Positions 1-17,069 of a DNA stretch of 64,000 bases are shown in pieces. The stretch lies in the NCBI RefSeq assembly GCF_009914755.1, contig NC_060942.1, one strand, 5' to 3'. The position numbers were made by a program, and so were the translations under genes. How positions within the stretch are numbered: the first letter of the stretch is position 1; the number at the start of each line of letters is the position of its first letter. The notes beneath the pieces are model-generated. The model did not search any database and was not told the DNA's origin. It saw nothing but the letters and a program-made list of their open reading frames with translations. The DNA comes from the human T2T-CHM13v2.0 reference genome, Homo sapiens.

Positions 1-179
1 CAGTGAGGAGACCAGGCCCACTTCTCCTGCCGCTTCAGGGTCTTGGGGTGTAGTCCTTACCAGACACTATACTTCTGTACCTAATCGTACAGGGGCAAGT
101 GGAGTTGACAGAGGGTCATGAGCAGGCATGATTGCTGGCCTAGAGCACTGACTGCGCATGTGCCCTGCATCAGGGTCTC

Positions 180-571
180 CTGTGGTCCAAACGTGTCTCC
201 TCCAGAATCCAAATGTTGAAACTCAAGGCCTAACGTCATGGCGTTGGGAGGTGGGGCTTTGAGAGGTGATTAGGCCCTGAGGGCTCCTCTCTTGTGAATA
301 GGATGAAGGCCTTCATAAAAGAGGCTTCACATAGGGTTTGGCATCTTTCTTTTCCGTCTCTCCTCATGTGAGGACACAGTGTTCCTCACCTTCAGAGGAC
401 ACAGCATCGAGGCACCATCTTGGAAGGAGAGAACAGCCTTCCCCAGACACTGAACCGCTAGTGCCTTGAACTTGGATTTCCCAGCCTCCAGAACTATGTG
501 AAACTAGTTTCTGTTCTTTATAAATTATCCAGTCTCGGGTATTTGTTGTAGCAGCACAAATGAACTAAGAC
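180..571 (+). mobile_element. MaLR solo LTR (MST/MLT1A-like)
   Basis: Typical MaLR motifs GGAGGTGGGGC..GGTGATTAGG, CCAGCCTCCAGAACT and terminal GAACTAAGACA. Confidence 0.8.
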
Positions 572-589
572 ATGATCTTAGCATGCACT

Positions 590-700
590 GAGCCCATGGT
601 TTTCCTGTAAAATGAAAATATTTGCACCTATCGCAGGGGCTGTTATGAGGCCTGGAGATAATGTGCCAACAACTAGCAGATAGTAGGAGCACTGCTGATG
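590..700 (+). mobile_element. MIR SINE fragment
   Basis: MIR core-like CTGTAAAATG..AGGGGCTGTTATGAGG..GAGATAATG. Confidence 0.55.
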
Positions 701-1249
701 GTGGTTACCAGGGCGATGAAGCCTAGCTCTCCAGTCGGGCTTAAGGACACACTCATGCAGATGGGATTCTTAGGACTCCTCCAAGTCATTTCTAACACAT
801 GGAACTTGTGGGTTATTTCCCCTTCATTTCAGGTCCTCTATCGAGGGAACCTGGGTCCTGGGACAAAGCTGCCACTATGGCCATGGGAGGAAGCACTGAG
901 CAGGGAGGGGAAGCGGAGACAGCCCAGTCTCTCCCTTAACAGAGCAGCCCTGACAGCTGGCATCAGACAGTGCCCGTGACGAGGTCAGGGCCACTAGGCA
1001 ACACTTTTCAGGTAAGGGAAGGCTGGGTATGTGCTGGGCACCTGCATGCTGGTGGTGGGGGTTAAACCGCGTGAAGCTGAAGGAGCCACCCTCCTGAGTC
1101 TGTCTCTGTCAGGGAGAGGAGTGGGCTGGAGTCACTATCTTAGGACATACGGCAGATTTTTCTAGGATTCCTGTTGGATGGGGATATAGTAAGTGAAGGA
1201 AAACCCCAGGAGTAAGGAAAGGTCTTATGGTCTCAAGCACGGAACAACA

Positions 1250-1438
1250 CATTTTTTGTGGGTGTAAAGGCCAGATAGTAAATATTTTAGGTTTTGTAGA
1301 CTACAATCTGGTTCTGTGGCAGAAGTGGCAACACACCATACAGAAGTAAGTGGATGTGGCTGTATTCCAATAAAACTTTATTTACAAATCGTAAATAGGG
1401 AGTGCGATTGGTTCTGAGGCCTAGTTTGCCAACCCCTG
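1250..1438. mobile_element. MER58-type hAT-Charlie MITE
   Basis: GTAAAGGCCAGATAGTAAATATTTTAGG, CCAATAAAACTTTATTTACAAA and terminal TTTGCCAACCCCTG. Confidence 0.75.
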
Positions 1439-1479
1439 TACAGGAGAAAGAGCATAGACACTACCCTAAGTCCCACAAC

Positions 1480-1640
1480 CTAATCCCTGTTCTGCTGGTG
1501 CCAGGTCTGCGGCCTTAAGCAAATGCTGTGTCCCTCTGAGCCTGCTTCCTCTGCTTCCTCATCAGTAGAAAGTGGTTAGCAGTATCCACCTCTTAGAGCT
1601 GTGATAATGTGTGCAAAGCCGCCAGGACACTGCGGGGTCC
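1480..1640 (+). mobile_element. MIR SINE fragment
   Basis: CCTTAAGCAA..CTCTGAGCCT..TTCCTCATC core similarity. Confidence 0.45.
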
Positions 1641-2398
1641 TAGGCTTCCACGGAAACACCCGCCGTTCTCGAGGCGGATGGGCCACGAGCAGTCCTAGTG
1701 TTCTGTTGCCCTCGGAGTCTTTCACGGTCTTCTCGCTCACTTATTGGACCTGACTCAGGGGGAATGAAGAGTCTTCCCCCTGTACTCTTGCTCCATCTGT
1801 ACTCTTAAAGTAGGTCTTTCCAAACTCACTGACATGTTATTTCAAACGGTCTGGCAGCATTCAGGGCTGCGCGGAGTCCCCTGGAGATTCTGCTGCACCA
1901 GAGCATTGCCTGCCCTAGCATTTTAAAGTTATAATGAAATCCAAAGCAGATGTGCCAGATCTAGGCCGGCCTAGAGCAACCTGAATTTGTTTCTTGGGAA
2001 TGCCCCTCTTCAGCACGTTTTGAGCAGACATTTGTGATGCAAGCCAGGCAATAAAAGACCCCAGCATGCTCTAAACACTGCAGTTTTACCCGTTTGTGTC
2101 AAAGAAAATCTGGGAGGCATGACATGAAACTAGCTAAATTTATGGCTCAAACTTTCACTAAGCTATCTCTGAAAAATGTTGCTGATCAGAGAAAAGAGAA
2201 TTTAGTTAGACAAAAATTAGGTAGTATTCAGATGGGTGGAGCGCTTAACTATGACCTCAATCAGTACTTAGTTATGTCAGACATGAACTGAGAATATGAA
2301 GTAGAAGAGGTGAGATAATTATGAATATTATAAATATTTGTAAACTAAAGTAAGAGGAAAACAATGCTATTTTTATATCCAAGCTTATGCTCTTGCTA

Positions 2399-2752
<354 letters not shown>

Positions 2753-2961
2753 CTAGAAAGACTGAAAGCTTTACTCCTCAGATAAGAAAAAGACAGGGAT
2801 TCCTGCTTTCACCTCTGATATTAAACATTGTATTGGAAGTTCCAGTCAAAGCACTTAGGCAAGACATACAAATTGGAAAGGAAGACGTAAAACTATTTCT
2901 ATTGCAAATTACATGATCTTCTATGGAAAATCCTAAAGAAATTTAAAAAAAACTTCTAGAT

Positions 2962-3963
2962 TATCTTAGTTCATTTTCTGTTGCTATTATAGGATACTAC
3001 AAAATTAGGTAATTTACAAAGAAATGTATTTCTTACAATTCTGGAATCTGGGATGTTCAAGGTCAAAGATGAAATATGGCAAAGATAGAACATGACCCTA
3101 GCACTACCTGATACAAGGGACAGACTCTTATCAGGCGTGTCTGAGGTCGCTGGGCGCTGTCAGGAGGCCTGGCTTCCTCCAGCTCCCTGCTCCTTCTCAG
3201 ATTCTGTCATGACCAAATTCCCAGGAGACGTGAATGTTCTATTTCATTCATCTGGTCAAGGTGCCACATCTGGTGAGAGCCTTCTTACTGTATCGTAACA
3301 TGCAAAGGGCACCACCTGGCAAGGGGGCAAGGGCACGCCAGCACAGGTCTCTCCTCCTCTTCCTAGGAAGACATCACAGGGCCCCACACTGATGTGATGG
3401 ATGATATGATGCCCCTTATCTCATCCTAATTCTCTCCCAAAGGCCCTGTATTAGTCAGGGTTCTCTAGAGGAACAGAATTAATAGGATATATATAAAGGG
3501 GACTTTATTAAGTATTAACTCACGTAATCACAAGTTCCCACAATAGGCCATCTGCAGGCTGAGGAGCAAGGAGAGCCAATCCAAGTCCTAAAACTGAAGA
3601 ACCTGGAGTCCAATGTTCAAGAGCAGGAAGCATCCAGCACGGGAGAAAGACGTAGGCTGGGAGGCTAGGCCAGTCTAACTATTTTACATTTTCCTGCCTG
3701 CTTTATATTTGCTAGCAGCTGTTTAGATGGTCCTCCCACCCCCCCGGATTGAGGGTGGATCAGTCTTCCCCAGCCCACTGACTCAAATATTAATCTCCTT
3801 TGGCAACACCCTCACAGACACACCAGGATCAATACTTTGCATCCTTCAATCCAATCAAATTGACACTTAGTATTAACAATCACAGGCCTCATCTCTTGAT
3901 CCTGTTACAATAGGAATTAAGTTTCCAACATGCATTTTGGGGTGACATATTCAAATCACAGCA
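2962..3963 (-). mobile_element. MaLR LTR (MST family) interrupted by a 187-bp orphan insert and an MLT2A LTR
   Basis: TCTTAGTTCATTTTCTGTTGCTAT start, AAGGTGCCACATCTGGTGAGAGCCTTCTT, end GACATATTCAAATCACAGCA. Confidence 0.75.
3447..3884 (-). mobile_element. MLT2A (HERV-L) solo LTR
   Basis: TGTATTAGTCAGGGTTCTCTAGAGG...ATTAACAATCACA; TG..CA ends; 5-bp TSD GGCCC/GGCCT. Confidence 0.9.
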
Positions 3964-4070
3964 CAGATCTAATATACAAATTCAGCCAAATTGCAGAATA
4001 CATGATCAACACAATCAGTTGTGTTTCAATACAATGAAAAACTCAAAAAGGAAATTAAGATTAAAATTTC

Positions 4071-4528
<458 letters not shown>

Positions 4529-4958
4529 TTAATATTGTCAAGATAAAAAGCAATCTACAAATTCAAACTCAATCTTTATCAAAATTTCAGTGGCACTGCA
4601 GTGAACGCGAATAACCAAAACAATCTTGAAAAAGAAGAACAAAACTGGAGGACTCACACGTTCCGATATCAAAACTTATGACAAAGCCACAGTAGTTAAA
4701 ACGGTGGTACTAGCAGAGGGATAGACATATAGACCAATGGAATAGAATTGAGAGCCCAGAAATAAATCATATCTATGACAAATTGATTTTCAGCAAAGGT
4801 GCTAAGACCATTCAATGGAGAAAGAATAGTCTCTTCAACAAATGGTGCTGGGATCACTGGATATTCACGTGCAAAATAATAAATTTGGAACCCACTTCAC
4901 ATGGTATGCAAACATTAACTCAAAATAAGTCAATGATCTAAATATAAGAGCAAGACCA

Positions 4959-5370
<412 letters not shown>

Positions 5371-5542
5371 TTAATTTTAAAGTGGGCAAATGACTGAAAT
5401 AGACATATATACACATACGCACACATACACACAAATGGTCAACAAGCACATGAAAAAATGCTGAACATCATTAGTTATTAGGGAACTACAAATAAAAAGC
5501 AAACTTCATACTCACTAGAATAGCTATAATTTAGAAATATGA

Positions 5543-5911
<369 letters not shown>

Positions 5912-6481
5912 TGAAAATGTAAAATAGTGTAGACCCTATAGAAAACAGTATGGCAAGTCCTAAAGAAATCCAAAATGGAATTACTGTATGATCCAGCAAT
6001 TCCATTTCTGGGTATATATGCCAAACAATTGAAAGCAGAGACTCAAACAGATTATATCCTGGTATTCACAGCAGTGTTATTCCCAACATCAAAAAGCTGG
6101 AAACAACTGAAACGTCCATGAACGGATGAATGGATAAACAAAATGTGGTATATACCACAGAATACTCCTTCAAAAGCAAAGAAATTCTAATATTAATACA
6201 TTCATAACATGGATGAATCCTGAAGACATTATGCTAAGTAGAATACACCACTCACAAAAAATAAATCTTCATGATTCCACTTATATGACATGCCTAGAGC
6301 AATCTAATTCATAGAGACAGAAAGTCAAAAGCCAGTTAGCAGCTGAGGGAGGGGGGAGTGGGGAATTATTGTGTAGTGGATCAAAGTGTCATTTTGGGAT
6401 GATGGATGAGTTCTGGAGATGGATAATGTTGATGGGTGCACAGCAGTGCAAAGGTACCTAATGCACAGAACTGTATGCTTA

Positions 6482-6781
<300 letters not shown>

Positions 6782-8509
6782 TTAACATGGTAAATGTTAT
6801 ATACATTTTACTACAATAAAAAATATTTGCACACAGAGAAAAAAAGTAAACATCGAGATACCATGTGACACAGAAATCTGCTATGCATATACCCCAGAGA
6901 CCTGAAAGCAGAAAGTGAAAAAAATACCTGTACACACACATACCCATAACAGCACTGTTCGCAGTACCCAAAAGGTGGAGACAACCCAAATACCCAACAA
7001 CTGACCAACAGATAAGCAAATTGTGTTGCATCCATACAATAGAATAGGATTCACCCCCAAAGACACAGAGTTACTGATTCATGTTGCAACACGGGTGAAC
7101 CTTGAAAACATTATGCTCAGTGAAAGAAGCCAGACACAAAAGGTCACATATTGTATGATTCCATTTATATGAAATATCCAGAATAGATAATTCCATGGAG
7201 ACAGAAAGCAGATTGGTGGTTGCCAGAGGCTGGGAGGAAAGGCCATGAAGGGAAGCTGCTGAATGAGGACAGGGTTTTGTTTTGAAATATGGAGACGTTT
7301 CGGAACTAGAGGTGGTGGTTGCGCAACATTGCAGATGCACTAAATGCCACTGAATTGTTCACTGTAAAATGATTTTGTGTTACGTGAATTTCATTTCAAT
7401 AAATTATTTAAAAATATGTAGCTAGTATCAATAACTACTTTTTAAGACACTGTATTCGGTGCTGTACTATGTGAGTTAGAGATATCGCCTGTTTTGGTAT
7501 CAAGATAGTCCTACGAGGTAATAGTATTATAATCCCAATTTTATGCCTGAGGAAGCTGGGGAACAGTGTTGTCCAGGGGTGTTGTGGTCCAGTGGGGGTG
7601 GTGGAAATAGACGCAGGATAACTTCCTATGAGAAGATGAGTGAGCTCAGTGCTGCAGAGAGATTTAATGGGCAAAATAGTAACAGCTGCTACAATGAATC
7701 GAGCAGGCACCAGATGCCGAGTAGTTTCTTTACAAAAATACAGGAGTGCAGTTCACCTCCTTTCCTCCCCACAAACAGCACCCTGGGCCGGGTCTTGGCT
7801 AAGAATGAGCTGAGCGCTTCTGAGCAGTCACTTCAAAGCATGGGGTAACCACAGGAAAACCTTGTTGAAAGGATGTGGCTTAGCGAGAGGTCCCACCTTA
7901 GTCCTGGTGGGCCACATGGGGCACAGTAGGGGCAGGGGGAAGATGGGGTTAAGAGGGGATTGCTGTAGGAAAAGAAGCCATCAGGAACTTTGAAATCTAT
8001 TTTCAGTAGTATCCCGAATCTTCTAAACTTTGTTGTCCTGGCTTTTGAGCTTCTGGGAAAGGTGGATACCCACAAGAGCCCCAAGTCATTGTGATGTCAA
8101 TATGAACTTTAGTTTGATTCTGTAGCAATATAATGAGCTTGAAAGCCAAGCTCTGTTAAGACCAAGACAGAAAGTAAGAATGAAAATGTGTGGAATAGAC
8201 AGTTTTCTAAAAATCTTTCAACACTGAAGAACAAAGCCTGGAGTCCTGCCATCACAGAGGCCCCTCCGCAGAGCGGAGAATGTGGGGCCCTCCACCTGGA
8301 ACCACAGGCCCCCATGTTACCGCCCGACCAGAGGGAAGCCAGGGTGTTGAAGAAAACTCTGGAGTTTTTCTCTTCCAGTCCTGAGAGATGGTGCAAAGGA
8401 GAAGGGGAGACAGAATGAGAATGAGGCTTAGATACGAAGCAGGCCCTTGTTCGTCCTCTCTCTTCAGAGCCCCAATCTTGATTTGGGAAATGGAGCTTTA
8501 GAAACATCC

Positions 8510-8855
8510 TGTAAGGAACATGGCTGTAGCTGCAGCCAAGCAGGCATAGGGGTAGCAGGCATAGGCCGAGGTAAACAGCCTGGTTGACTCAGTGGGGTTG
8601 GGGTGCAAGCGTGCAGTCCCATGTCTTATATAATCATAGCCAGGTAGACATAACATAGAGAAGCTCCCCACCTGGCTCTTAGCCACTATTGTTTGTGTAG
8701 TGTATAAGCGTAACATTGAGCCTGTGAAGGAGCTGCTGAATAAAGTCATGTCTCATTTACCTGCTGTCTCTTGAATGTTCTTCCAGCTCCTGCCCCACAT
8801 CCACCCACTCTCCTCGGACCTCAGTTGGAGCTGGACCCCGACCCTAAGCATGACA
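8510..8855 (+). mobile_element. ERVL-class solo LTR (LTR18/LTR47-like; exact family uncertain)
   Basis: TGTAAGG...TGACA ends, ATAGGCCGAGGTAAACA motif, TATA-like TTATATAA near 8627, AATAAA at 8739-8744. Confidence 0.65.
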
Positions 8856-9539
8856 TATTTGCACAGGTCAGGGGACTTCTGGAACATGCAAAAGCCTTCA
8901 CGTCCACGATTGTGCCCTCCTGAGCCTGGGGCAGGACCAGGTCTCCGTGAACCTGCAGCCAGGCTGCCTGGGGCCTGCAGAGCCTCTGGAGCCTTGGACC
9001 ATGGCCTGGGTCCTATGGGGGTCCACGGAAGTGCAGAGCCCTGGGTCAGGACAAGGACGTCCCTGAGAACCATGCCTAGAGACAGCAGGCAGTGCTGCCC
9101 TGGGGCTCAGTGTAGATGGAATAACTTGAACCTTACAAAGGATTGCTGCTGTGGGGTTGGGGAGACAGCGGGACTGGAAAGAAGGCCTACAGTGCCTATG
9201 AGTAGAGAGGGGGTTCCCTAGACTCCAGAGCATGGTGTGGCAGCAGGCCTAGAGCAGGCTGTGAGGGAGAGGGGCACCGTCAAGCGCCAGGAGGGGGAGC
9301 AGAGCGCTATGCTGTCAGGGGCCCAGGAGGATTCGACTGCTTTCCCCTTGGACCGTGGAAGGCCATATGTGGCATAGCTGAATTGGGATTTTCTCCTCTT
9401 TATTCTAAGTTCCTTCAGTTTTCCCAAACCTAGCAAAATCCATGTTATTATTAATTATTATCAGTGTTAATTTAGTAACACTAAACACTGTTTATTAGTA
9501 AAACTAACACCAGCAAAGCCTTTGCGTGCTAGAACTTCT

Positions 9540-9725
9540 GAGCATTTTCCATGGACTGCCCCATTGGAACCCCATAACCTCACGGACTACCTTTATCACT
9601 ATTGTCCCTGTTTGACAGATGGAAAAGCTGAGACACAGAGAAGTTCCTTGAGTTGCCTGAGATCACAGAGCAGCAGGGCCAGGACCCGGTCCCAGGAAGT
9701 TCCACTGCAGGCCCGGCTCTAACCC
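9540..9725 (-). mobile_element. MIR SINE
   Basis: TTGACAGATGGAAAAGCTGAGACACAGAGA..TGCCTGAGATCACAGAGC core. Confidence 0.65.
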
Positions 9726-9832
9726 TCATCACTGTGGTGGTGGCCTTCAGTTTGAGTTGGGTCAGAATGATCAGGTAGGCGTGTCAGACACAGAGCTTGT
9801 CCAGAGGCAGTGGGAGGGGGCTTGGAGTTTGC

Positions 9833-10136
9833 TTTTTTTTTTTTTTTTTTTTTTTTGAGACGGAGTCTCGCTTTGTCGCCCAGTCTGGAGTGAAGTGGCG
9901 CGATCTCGGCTCACTTCAACCTCCGCCTCCCAGGTTCACGCCATTCTCCTGCCTCAGCCTCCCGAGTAGCTGGGATTACAGGTGCCCGCCACCACGCCTG
10001 GCTAATTTTTTGTATTTTAGTAGAGACGGGGTTTCATCGTGTTAGCCAGGATAGTCTCGATCTCCTGACTTCGTGATCCGCCCACCTCGGCCTCCCAGAG
10101 TGCTGGGATTACAGGCGTGAGCCACCGCGCCCGGCC
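9833..10136 (-). mobile_element. AluY-like inserted into a MER5-type MITE remnant (about 9800-10215)
   Basis: CpG-rich Alu, TSD GGAGTTTGC; flank TGCATCTTTAACAAGTTCCCAGGTG..GAAAACCACT is MER5-like. Confidence 0.93.
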
Positions 10137-11384
10137 GGAGTTTGCATCTTTAACAAGTTCCCAGGTGGCGATGATGATGCTGGTCTGAAACCCACACCCT
10201 GAAAACCACTTCTGTAAAGACTCCACCCTGATGCCTGCGGAGAGCCTCCACCCTGATGCCAGTGGGACAGGTGCCCAGCACACCCAGGCCAGCCTAGCAG
10301 CCAAGGGAGCGGAACTGGTGGCTGGGGAGCCCCCAGCCCTGAGAAGCAGAGGGGCTGGAGAGGAAATCTCTCCCACCTCTCCGCACCAGTGGGGAGACCC
10401 TGGACAGGGCCCGGGGGTAAGGGCTGACATCCGGTTCCCTGCGATGCAAACTGTGTGGTGGCTGCTGTATACAGACAAACGAAACAACCACAGCTCCGCA
10501 ACACGAAATGCCAGCACACAGCCAAGGCAGAGCCGAGCCGCTCGTCCTCAAAGCCTGGGCCTCCCCCTTTCCTGCTGCTCAACAGGCTCTTGCAAGCTGA
10601 GCACGAAGACAAAATAAAAATCAGGCTTGAGGAAGGGCATCGCCAGGCCGTGTACCCTGAGAGGCTAAGTGGGGAAGAGCTGGTAACACGGCTGTAGAAA
10701 TAGCAGTGTTCTTTGCCTCTTATTCAGTGTTACTACATAAGGCAAGGAAACTGGGCCCTTTTCTGCAAAGAAGAGTCAAGGAGAATGAAAATAGTGCTTG
10801 GGTGCTGTCTTCCTGTTTCCTAGCCGTTTCTTTTTCTGCAGAGCACAGAGAAAGGACAAATGACTAGGGATCTGCAACATTTGATCAAACCGATGGGGAG
10901 TGGGGTGGGTGAATGGGGCTGTGAGGGCTCTCCAGCACGGAGGCCTTTAGGCGGTGCTGACTGACCAAAAATGTCCAATTCCTTGAAAGCATTTAATCAC
11001 TGGAATGCTCAAATTTAAATTTTAAGAGATCAGATTTAAATCCACTTAACAGCTGCATGCTCTTGGGAAAATGTAACCCCTCTAAGCCTTGCTTTCTTCC
11101 TAAAATGGCAGGAATGGGGAGCAGTAGAACGGTGCTCAGCCCACAGAATTGTCAGGAGGATGATGTAAGATGATGGGTTCAGTGCAGCGCCTGGACGTAG
11201 AAGGTGACGTTCTTTACCATAAATGTTAGCAGGTGCTAACAGAGATCTCTGCTTCCCCATGTGGGACCTCAGGTGAAAAGAGTCTTCAGATAGTAAAAGC
11301 GAGAAGACAGGGTAGAGAACCCCCTCTCCCAGGATCCAGTGTAAAAATCATCTGTCACAAGTTTCTATCTTAAAAGAAACCCTG

Positions 11385-11744
11385 CAGCCATAAAAAAGGA
11401 GGAGTTCATGTCCTTTGCAGGGACATGGATGAAGCTGGAAACCATCATTCTCAGCAAACTAACACAGGAACAGAAAACCAAACAGTGCATGTTCTCACTC
11501 ACAAGTGGGAGTTGAACAATGAGAACACAAGGACACAGGGAAGGGAACATCACACACAGGGGCCTGTCAGGGGTTGGGGGCTAGGGGAGGGAGAGCATTA
11601 GGAGAAATACCTCATGTAGGGTTGATGGGTGCAGCAAACCACCGTGGCATGTATATACCTATGTAACAAACCTGCACGTTCTGCATGCGTATCCCAGAAC
11701 TTAAAGTATATTTTAAAAAAAGAAAGAAAGAAAGAAAGAAAAAA
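11385..11744 (+). mobile_element. 5'-truncated L1PA 3' end
   Basis: L1PA 3'UTR, A/GAAA tail, TSD AAAAGAAACCCTG (11372-11384 and 11745-11757). Confidence 0.95.
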
Positions 11745-12178
11745 AAAAGAAACCCTGGAGGGTGCCCCGTGGAATCTGTTAGATACAGTTGCAGTAATAC
11801 CAGATGCCTGATAAAGTATCTGGCATTATTGCAGCTGTAAGTTTTATAAAGTTCAAAATGTAGCATTTTGGAGGGTTTCTTGCATAGTCGTGTTCAGTCT
11901 GATGGCAATGGAGCAGCTGTGTTCAAATAAACAGCTATTGACCAAGGATTAGTTGCTTGGTGTTTTGGGGGATTATTTGTAGCTAAAACACTAAACTTGT
12001 TTGCTCATGTTTCTGAAAGTATGTAACAGCTGGAGTCAGATCCCCATTCAAAACTGGAATAGAAAATGACAAGCACCTTCACCAGCACAAAGGAGGAGCT
12101 GTCATGCAAATGTTTGTCATGAAACTTTTTAGCTTTGTCCCGTTGTCTGGATCCTTCTTATTATAATCTCCTCTAAAG

Positions 12179-12701
12179 CAGTGGTCCCCAACCTTTTTGA
12201 CACCAAGAACTGGTTTGTGGAAGACAGTTTTTCCACAGATGGTGGCAGGGGTGGTTTCAGGATGATTCCAGCACATTCCATTGATTGTGCACTTTATTTC
12301 TATTATTATTACATTGTAGTATATAATGAAATCATTATATGACTTATCATCATGTAGAATCAGTGGGAGCCCTGAGCTTCTGTTCCTGCATCTAGATGGT
12401 CCCATCTGGGAGCGATGGGAGTGACAGATCATCAGGCATTAGACTCTCTAAAGGAACGAGCAACTTAGATCCCTCTCACGCGCTGTTCACAATAGGGTTC
12501 AAGCTCCTAGGATAATCTAATGCTGCCACTCATCTGACAGGAGGCGGAGCTTAGGTAGTGAGGTGAGCAATGGGGAGCAGCTGTAAATACAGATAGATGA
12601 AGCTTCCCTTACCCACCTGCTGCTCACCTCTTGCTATGCAGCTCAGTTCCTAATAGGCCACAGACCACTACTGTCCATGGCCTGGGGGTCAGGGACCCCT
12701 G
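12179..12701 (+). mobile_element. MER1A hAT-Charlie DNA transposon
   Basis: TIRs CAGTGGTCCCC / GGGACCCCTG, 8-bp TSD CTCTAAAG/CTCTAAGG, 523 bp. Confidence 0.92.
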
Positions 12702-12817
12702 CTCTAAGGCACAGGAAGAGGTAGTAAAACAATGTGACAGTTCTACATGGGTGGTGAATACAAATAAACAAATGGTGTGTTAGAGTAATATATAGTGTGA
12801 ATGCCTGTAAGGTCCTA

Positions 12818-13750
<933 letters not shown>

Positions 13751-14424
13751 CACACTTGGCCTAAGAATTAGGCTGAATCCACGTTTTCAACTATAATACA
13801 TTACATCTTTGTCAGTCATATAATCCAGAAAAGAACTGTTTGTGCCACAAAGAATAAAAAATTACTTCTCTTGGAAAATCTGAAATTTCGTATCCTCCAG
13901 GAAAGGTATCCTGTAATACTATTCCCTGTATGAAACAAACCTGATTGAAATCTTTTTTGACCGTATAGAGTTGTAAACTACTGGGTAAAGTTGACCTACT
14001 TTTCATCTAATTCTGTACCACCATTTCTTTAGAAAATGATCTGTACCAGACAAGAAATGTATTTCTGAACTAGTCTTGTTGTGCTCCAAGACATACTTAA
14101 AAATAAGGACAATCACTTGGTTTACAAAGAGGAGACAAAAATAGTTCACTAAAATAGAACAGAAACATCTTCTGGCTTCACTGCTTACTAATAACTCACA
14201 TTTTCTTGCCAGGTCATCATTTTATAAACCAGAGAAGAAAATCGTTTCCATTAATGCTGAATATTGGTGCCACTGAAGTTATAATACCCTGTTGCTGATG
14301 CCACTGTAGAAGGCTATGTTGTTAACTTTTTAAAAAAGTGCATTTATTGCTTGTATTTTGCTGTATCCAAATAAAATTATTTGTGTGGTTGAACTCACAC
14401 CACATATAAAATTCTGTCCTGTGT

Positions 14425-16650
<2,226 letters not shown>

Positions 16651-16768
16651 ACACTGTCGAGGGAGCCTCGTTAATGCCAGGTGAGGAGGAAAGTCCAGCT
16701 CCCCACTCAGTCTTCTCTGATGCCAGGATGAGGGTGCCAGGATAAGGGTGTAATGAAAGTCAGATCAT

Positions 16769-17067
16769 GCCAGGTGTGGTGGCTCACGCCTGTAATCCCA
16801 GCACTTTGGGAGGCCGAGGCGAGCAGATCACGAGGCCAGGAGATCGAGATCATCCTGGCTAACACGGTGAAACCCCGTCTCTACTAAAAATACAAAAAAA
16901 TTAGCCAGGTGAGGTGGCGGGCGCCTGTAGTCCCAGCTACTCGGGAGGCTGAGGCAGGAGAATGGCGTGAACCCCAGGGGGCAGAGCCTGCAGGGAGCCA
17001 AGATTGCGCCACTGCACTCCAGCCTGGGCGACAGCGAGACTCCACCACAAAGAAAAAAAAAAAAAAA
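16769..17067 (+). mobile_element. AluY (Ye/Yf-like diagnostics)
   Basis: GAACCCCAGGGGGCAGAGCCTGCAG and GGCGACAGCGAGACTCC variants. Confidence 0.93.
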
Positions 17068-17069
17068 GG

